The notes below the pieces were generated by a model. It was not told where the DNA came from, searched no databases, and was given only the letters and a program-made list of their open reading frames with translations. A DNA stretch of 64,000 nt from an uncultured Acidobacteriota bacterium. Its GTDB lineage: Bacteria; Acidobacteriota; Vicinamibacteria; Vicinamibacterales; CAVPJW01. The stretch spans positions 19,796 to 83,795 of the forward strand of contig CAVPJW010000005.1 in the NCBI GenBank assembly GCA_963705525.1. The letters run 5' to 3'. Within the stretch, counting starts at the first letter, position 1, and each line of letters opens with the position of its first letter. Below are positions 58,810 to 64,000 of the stretch, in pieces. The position numbers were made by a program, and so were the translations under genes.

Positions 58810-61314
58810 CTATTGAGCTGATGGGCGTGCCAATTTGAGCAAGGCGCAGCCGCGCTTCAAAGGAACGTCGAAGACGGCGGAGTCTCCTGACACAACTGAA
58901 TCGAGGGTGACCTCGTCGCGCTCTCCGGGGTACAAGACGTGCGCCCTGGCGCCAAGACCTCGAAGCGTGACACGCGCGCGCGCGAGACGATGCGCGAGTC
59001 CCACGAAGACGAGATAGCCGCCCGGAACCTCGAAGACATTGGCCTTGACTGCCGGGTCATCCACGCTGACGACGCCCGGTGTGAGGACCCATTTCTTGCC
59101 TCTCATCGCATTGAAGAGCGGACCGTAATCCAGATACAGCCGTTCGTTCCATGCTGTGGGCAACATCGTGTGGTCGTTGCCTGGATATGGCACCGTGGGA
59201 AACGCGCCCAGATAGAGATGCCGCTGGAGGTAGGCGTCCGGATCGGGTTTCAGCGATTCGTCGTCTCTCGTCCAGCAAACCAGGGGCTTCCGAAGGGCGA
59301 GAAACGCACTCGTGTTCAGGTTGAAGGGAAAGTCACCGTGCTCGTCGTAGAACCCGTCGACCTCGCGCATCAACTCCAGCCGGCGATCCATGTCGTTGCC
59401 GAAAATCACCTTCCCGGCCCGATGCATGATCGGTCCGAGCTCGTCCATCAGGGACATCCACGAACGGCGCATATGTCGGGATGGTCCGTCTATCCAGCTC
59501 ACGCCGTCATCAGCATTCGGGTTGTACCGTGTGATCCAGTCCATTCGATCGATCGCGATGCCAGAAGAATCGGGCAGCGTCTCGACGTGCCGTTTCGCCT
59601 GCCCCAGGAGGAAACGTCGGTAGGCCGGATCTCCACAGTCCATGATGACGGCCTTGCCCCAGGTCCAGATCGGATCAGGGCTCTTCAGGACCGCGCCTTC
59701 CAGCTGCCTGTGCAGCAGGTCGTTGGGATCCCTCCAGAGGTCCGCATCGCGTCGGGCGCGCCGAGGCGGCGCGGGATAGACGATGTTGCCTCCAAATTCC
59801 GTCACGTTGAAGTAGTTGAGTACGTGGAAGCCGGCCTGGCGCATGGCGGTCGAGTACGCCGCCATCTTCCGAAGCGTCGTCTGACCGTACCGACCCTCGT
59901 CGCCCGGACCGTAGACGCCTTCTCCTCCGCCGGCGAATCGGTTCCAGACCTCATCTGATTTCACGGGAGGAAGGAACATGCCCATGTATGGAAAGTCGAG
60001 GCTCGCCTTCCAGTTCATGGTGAAACCCATCGCCGCCAGCTTCGGCGCGTCGATCTCTCCCTCCCACCCGGAGTACGCTCCTCCTCCGCCAATCTCATGA
60101 ACGCGCGCGTTCGGTGGCTCGAAATACACAGGGTAGCGCTCGACGATCGCCGCGAGCGCGGCGCGCACGTCCGGTTCGTGCACGACGATGTCCATGTGAA
60201 ACCGGACATCGTGGGTCGGGCCACCGTATCGGTTGAAGGCCCGCGAGAATCGCACGCTGCCGTCCCTCGTCGTTGAAACCTGCAGATCGATCAGGACGTC
60301 GTCCGGCGACTGGATGAAGGACACACCGATTCCGGCCCGTCGATCGATGATCGTGGCCATCGGCAGTGACAGGCCGTCCTCTCGATTGAAGAACGCGCCG
60401 TAGTTGTACGTGCGGTCCTCGAAGGGATGGGACTCGAGGGGATCCTGCCATTTCCAGCCGTAGCCCCGCGGCAGCCATACCTCGGCGCCGCCGGGATCCG
60501 GCCATGTGAACGTGGTGTCAACTGGAGCAGTCCAGGGTCGGTTCGACTTCGACCGCGATGTCCAGTCCCACGCAATGCCGCCGCGCGCTTCTCGAAAAGC
60601 CGCCGACTCTTCGATCGTCCTCGAATCATCGGGAGAGACGTACGGCCCCATGCCTCCGTGGGCCCGCATGTCGATTCGCTTGCCGTCTGCGAGCGTGAAG
60701 CCGTCGAGCGAATCGCCAACGGTGAAGAATGTCAGCGCGCCGCTCTGAACGCGGCTCGGCGCACCAGAGGCCTCCCGGGTCGAGAGGCCAGAATCTGGCA
60801 GGATCGAGTCGGCGACGAGTTCCGCCTCGGCCCAGTCCGCGTGGTCTGCGTAGGTTCCTTCGCGCGAGTAAGTGATGACCAGGCGAAGCGCGTTGGTGCG
60901 CTCCAGATCCACATCGATACGCGCCGCAGGCGTGTCTACCTTCATCAGGGCGCTCTCGAAGAGCTTCCGCCCGTCGCCAAACACCTGAAAGATGGCGTTC
61001 GCTTCTTTGGGCTTGGAGACCGTCGCGTCTACACCGACCCACGCGCGAAGCCGCGAATAGCGCCCCGCGATCAGGTAGACCAGGTCGCTTCGTGCGTGCG
61101 TGCTGACGCCATGCTCGAACGTGCGATCGCCGATCCTGATGGGCGCGCCGTCCGCGCTCTTGTCCATGAGGAGCACGCCCCAGCCCTGGTTGGCCAGGCG
61201 AGGAACGACCGAGCTCAGCCGAATGGCAGCGCCTGTCTGATGCGCGGTCAAAGGCGGAGCCGTGAAGGCCACCCAGGCGAGGCACACACCGACCGTGAGG
61301 ATCGATCTGGACAT
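58810..61314 (-). CDS. NPCBM/NEW2 domain protein with a large uncharacterised (glycoside-hydrolase-like) C-terminal region
   Basis: Signal peptide MSRSILTVGVCLAWVAFTAPPLTA. NQGWGVLLMDKSADGAPIRIGDRTFEHGVSTHARSDLVY...RLRAWVGVD...FQVFGDGRKLFES...ADWAEAELV. Confidence 0.75.
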   Translation of the reverse strand: MSRSILTVGVCLAWVAFTAPPLTAHQTGAAIRLSSVVPRLANQGWGVLLMDKSADGAPIRIGDRTFEHGVSTHARSDLVYLIAGRYSRLRAWVGVDATVSKPKEANAIFQVFGDGRKLFESALMKVDTPAARIDVDLERTNALRLVITYSREGTYADHADWAEAELVADSILPDSGLSTREASGAPSRVQSGALTFFTVGDSLDGFTLADGKRIDMRAHGGMGPYVSPDDSRTIEESAAFREARGGIAWDWTSRSKSNRPWTAPVDTTFTWPDPGGAEVWLPRGYGWKWQDPLESHPFEDRTYNYGAFFNREDGLSLPMATIIDRRAGIGVSFIQSPDDVLIDLQVSTTRDGSVRFSRAFNRYGGPTHDVRFHMDIVVHEPDVRAALAAIVERYPVYFEPPNARVHEIGGGGAYSGWEGEIDAPKLAAMGFTMNWKASLDFPYMGMFLPPVKSDEVWNRFAGGGEGVYGPGDEGRYGQTTLRKMAAYSTAMRQAGFHVLNYFNVTEFGGNIVYPAPPRRARRDADLWRDPNDLLHRQLEGAVLKSPDPIWTWGKAVIMDCGDPAYRRFLLGQAKRHVETLPDSSGIAIDRMDWITRYNPNADDGVSWIDGPSRHMRRSWMSLMDELGPIMHRAGKVIFGNDMDRRLELMREVDGFYDEHGDFPFNLNTSAFLALRKPLVCWTRDDESLKPDPDAYLQRHLYLGAFPTVPYPGNDHTMLPTAWNERLYLDYGPLFNAMRGKKWVLTPGVVSVDDPAVKANVFEVPGGYLVFVGLAHRLARARVTLRGLGARAHVLYPGERDEVTLDSVVSGDSAVFDVPLKRGCALLKLARPSAQ

Positions 61315-61331
61315 TCGTGTCGGGAGTCGCA

Positions 61332-62417
61332 CTACTTCGCGGCCGCGGTGCTGCCAGTCGGATGGAGCAGGAGCTTTTGCACGCGCCAGTTCAGGATCTC
61401 GCCGACATACAGCTCGTTCTCAGAAGGACAGGCGATTTCGTGAATCCACCCGAACTGCTTGGGCTGTTTGCCTGACTTGCCGAGCACGCCGAGCACCTTT
61501 CCCTCGAGCGACAGCTTGTAGAGACGCCCGGGAAAGGCGTCCGACACATACAAGAATTGGTTGGGTCCCGGCGTGATGCAGACCGCCCACGGAGCGCCGT
61601 TCTGCGCGGCGGCGCCTTCAGCGGACGGCGGGTTGCCGATCGCCGGCTTCGCGTCGGCAGGAATCGGCACGTCGACGGTGATCTGGCGAACGAAGGTGCC
61701 GTTCGAGTCGAACACCTGGATTCTCCGGTTCCCTCGATCCGCGACGTAGATATTGCCTTTGGCGTCGGCCGTGATGCTGTGAGGCGTATTGAACTGCCCC
61801 TGTCCGTTGCCGGGCTCACCAAACGACTTCACCCAGTCGCCGTTCTTGTCAATCTTCGCCACGCGCGAGTTGACGTAGCCGTCGCTGATGAACGCATTGC
61901 CCTGCGTGTCCCACGTGACGTCGGTGGGTTGCCGGAACATCCCGTCAACGGGCGGGCGCGGAGGCGTCGGATGCGTCCAGGCTTCAGCCCCTTCGTCGGA
62001 CGCTTCCTTCTTCCGTCCGAAGACCATCAGCACCTGGCCCTCTGGACTGAACTTGACGACCATGTCGGAGCCCTTGTCCACGCACCAGATGTTGTCATCC
62101 TTGTCCACGCGCACCGTGTGCGCGTACGACCAGGCATAGAGGTTCTTGCCGATCTCCCGAATGAACTTCCCGTCGGCGCCAAACTCGAGAAGCTGCGAGG
62201 CGGTCGCCGCATACGCGGGCCCCGTCGTGTTGCCGCGAGAAAACACGAAGAGATGTCCCTTCGAATTGACCGCGACGCCTGACGCCTCTCCAAGGTAGAG
62301 ATCGGGCGGCAGCTTGAGAAAATTGGGCACCGATTCGAATGGAATTTCTGGCGCAGACTGTTGCGCAAACGCCGGAACGGCGAGCAGCATGAATGATGCG
62401 AGGAACCAGTGTTTCAC
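61332..62417 (-). CDS. NHL-repeat six-bladed beta-propeller (peptidyl-alpha-hydroxyglycine lyase-like family)
   Basis: GGGAGG RBS and a GTG start at 62417, plus a signal peptide. GQFNTPHSITADAKGNIYVADRGNRRIQVFD, FRQPTDVTWDTQGNAFISDGYVNSRV. Confidence 0.8.
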   Translation of the reverse strand: MKHWFLASFMLLAVPAFAQQSAPEIPFESVPNFLKLPPDLYLGEASGVAVNSKGHLFVFSRGNTTGPAYAATASQLLEFGADGKFIREIGKNLYAWSYAHTVRVDKDDNIWCVDKGSDMVVKFSPEGQVLMVFGRKKEASDEGAEAWTHPTPPRPPVDGMFRQPTDVTWDTQGNAFISDGYVNSRVAKIDKNGDWVKSFGEPGNGQGQFNTPHSITADAKGNIYVADRGNRRIQVFDSNGTFVRQITVDVPIPADAKPAIGNPPSAEGAAAQNGAPWAVCITPGPNQFLYVSDAFPGRLYKLSLEGKVLGVLGKSGKQPKQFGWIHEIACPSENELYVGEILNWRVQKLLLHPTGSTAAAK

Positions 62418-62442
62418 CGTCGGCCTCCCTGCGGAGAAAAAG

Positions 62443-63321
62443 TTACGGTTGTGCGGCTGGATCATACAGCAAAGGAAAGAATTGCCCGCCCATCGCCTGG
62501 CCGGCCGGAATGGGCGGAACGCCCTTGAGAAGTGGCGTGTCGGACATCGATCGCGTGCCGTCCTTGAAAACATTGATGACCGTAGCCCGGCGGGGGCGGT
62601 CGGTCCGATTCTCAAAGGAGCCGTGGACCATCAGCGGATGATGAAAGGAGGCTTCACCGGCCTTCAACTCGACCGCCACCGGATGCCACGCCCGCTTCTG
62701 CTCGTTCGAGAGCACCGACTGAATCGCAAGCATGTCGCCGGCGAGCCCGGTGACCGGCAACAGCCGCCAACGGTGGCTTCCCGGTACGTAGTGGAGGCCT
62801 CCGTTCTCGCGCGTCGAGTGGTCGAGGCCGATCCAGCACGTGAGGTGCGTCATCGGCTCCGTCCGCGTCCAGTACGAATAGTCCTGGTGCCACGCGACGA
62901 CGCCGCCATGGTGCGGAGGCTTGCAGAAGAGCTGATCGTGCCAGAATCGAACAGCGCCGCCGAGGAGCTGCGACGCAGGCACCGTGAACGCCGGGTTCCA
63001 GAGCACGTCATGAAAGCCGGCGGTGATCCGCCAGGCGCCGAGCGCGTGGAACAGCACCGTCTCGGGAGAGGATGATTCGTTCGAATGGTACTCGTAGAAG
63101 AGGTGGTGGCCCGGGTGCCCCGGATCGAACAGCGTGTCCAGTTCCCCGCGCAGCCGGTCTACCTGACCTTCATCGAGAATCCGCACGCCTGCCAGATAAC
63201 CATTCTCGTGAAAAAACTGAAGCTGTTCGGGCGTCAGCCGGAACCGCGCCTCATCTCCAGGCGAGCGCGAAGGGAAGAGATCCGACACGGGGCGATGAAC
63301 CGCTGAAAGGTCTTGAATCAT
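62443..63321 (-). CDS. Phytanoyl-CoA dioxygenase (PhyH) family Fe(II)/2-oxoglutarate oxygenase
   Basis: [15 protein letters not shown] (HxD), [20 protein letters not shown]. Confidence 0.85.
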   Translation of the reverse strand: MIQDLSAVHRPVSDLFPSRSPGDEARFRLTPEQLQFFHENGYLAGVRILDEGQVDRLRGELDTLFDPGHPGHHLFYEYHSNESSSPETVLFHALGAWRITAGFHDVLWNPAFTVPASQLLGGAVRFWHDQLFCKPPHHGGVVAWHQDYSYWTRTEPMTHLTCWIGLDHSTRENGGLHYVPGSHRWRLLPVTGLAGDMLAIQSVLSNEQKRAWHPVAVELKAGEASFHHPLMVHGSFENRTDRPRRATVINVFKDGTRSMSDTPLLKGVPPIPAGQAMGGQFFPLLYDPAAQP

Positions 63322-63365
63322 TTCTGAAACCTCGCCTGAGAAGCCGGACCCTTGCGTAAGGCCGA

Positions 63366-64000
63366 TCACCGCTCGGTGACGGGCGTCAGGATTATGGCAA
63401 ATCCTCCACCCGGCGCCATGTGCAGATTGAGAACTGATCGGGCATTGATGATGGTGCGGGTTTGCAGGAGGCTCGTGGCGGTCACATCGGCATCAGGACC
63501 GTCGGCAAACATTTCAGCGATGTAGTTCCCCGGCCCGACGAACGCCAGCAGGAGACTGACATCCCGTGCGTCCCAGTTGGTGATCCCTCCCATATACCAC
63601 GTGTCCCCTTGACGTCGGGCTATGGCGACGAACTCTCCCACCGCGCCATGCAGCACTTTCGTCTCGTCCCACGTCGTCGGCACGCGCTCGATGAATTCGA
63701 TCCCATTCTGTCCTCGGTACGCCTCCGGATAACCCCACACCATCGCCAGTGGCGCCTCGAAGACGACATATCCTGTCGCCTCGGATGCCAGGACAAACGA
63801 TTGCAGGCTCGGCTGTGCCGGCATCTCGTACCGAAATGCCACACCCTCGTCGAACGCGCGAAGAATGATGCTGATTCGACGCCTCTCTCCGGCCGCCTCC
63901 TGAAGGGAGACCGACACCTCGGAAAATCTATTCGGGATCGTTCGTCGCGGACCCGCCACAGGTGTCCAGGTCTCATCGGAGACCCGATTCGTTGTGTCGA
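63366..64000 (-). pseudogene. GH97-family glycosidase remnant: N-domain fragment joined in frame to the C-terminal domain, catalytic barrel missing; 5'-partial at window edge
   Basis: ...ILRAFDEGVAFRYEMP...LASEATGY directly followed by VVFEAPLAMVWGYPEAY...FIERVPTTWDETKVLHGAVGEFVAIARRQGDTWYMGG...[13 protein letters not shown]. The frame stays open to base 64000. Confidence 0.55.

Overview
High-GC bacterial chromosomal window. The gene content (CarboxypepD_reg-type TonB receptor, PD40 propellers, PEP-CTERM-style EPS genes) suggests Acidobacteriota, but that is inference only.

**Bases 1 to ~26.4 kb: Wzx/Wzy-type exopolysaccharide (EPS) island.**
- It encodes two priming glycosylphosphotransferases, fcl, a TagA-family GT, wzy, wzx and a heparinase II/III-like protein.
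- It also encodes several GT4/GT1 glycosyltransferases, two AsnB-like amidotransferases, an acetyltransferase and a CE4 deacetylase.
- Two AT-richer PAPS-type sulfotransferase genes are present.
- The island is scarred. It contains an IS630 element, two truncated IS701-like transposase stubs, a flippase stub, a GDP-mannose dehydrogenase stub and a diverged duplication of a GT4-sulfotransferase-IS-stub module.
- By my manual reading there are roughly 25 frame disruptions. All lie in the first ~28 kb.

**26.4-29.8 kb.** This stretch encodes a giant secreted protein with 6 FG-GAP, about 4 PKD-like and a beta-helix domain. It is built on tandem DNA repeats and is also frameshifted.

**30-64 kb: ordinary, uninterrupted genes.**
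- mazEF, an M48 protease, a PQQ dehydrogenase, cupin, PD40 and SAM-MTase genes, and a secreted PI3/4-kinase-like protein.
- A solo IS3 orfA, a TonB receptor and DinB.
- A translationally coupled sugar-acid operon (GH-like/FGE fusion, SSF, enolase-family dehydratase, ALDH, plus a convergent HpcH aldolase).
- A CDGSH-bicupin, a CBM9/DUF5916 protein and a PhyH-NHL-NPCBM operon.
- A GH97 gene with an apparent internal deletion.

Two convergent-gene spacers are filled by an unusual 9-bp-periodic GGACC/GGTCC element. No rRNA, tRNA or CRISPR was recognised.
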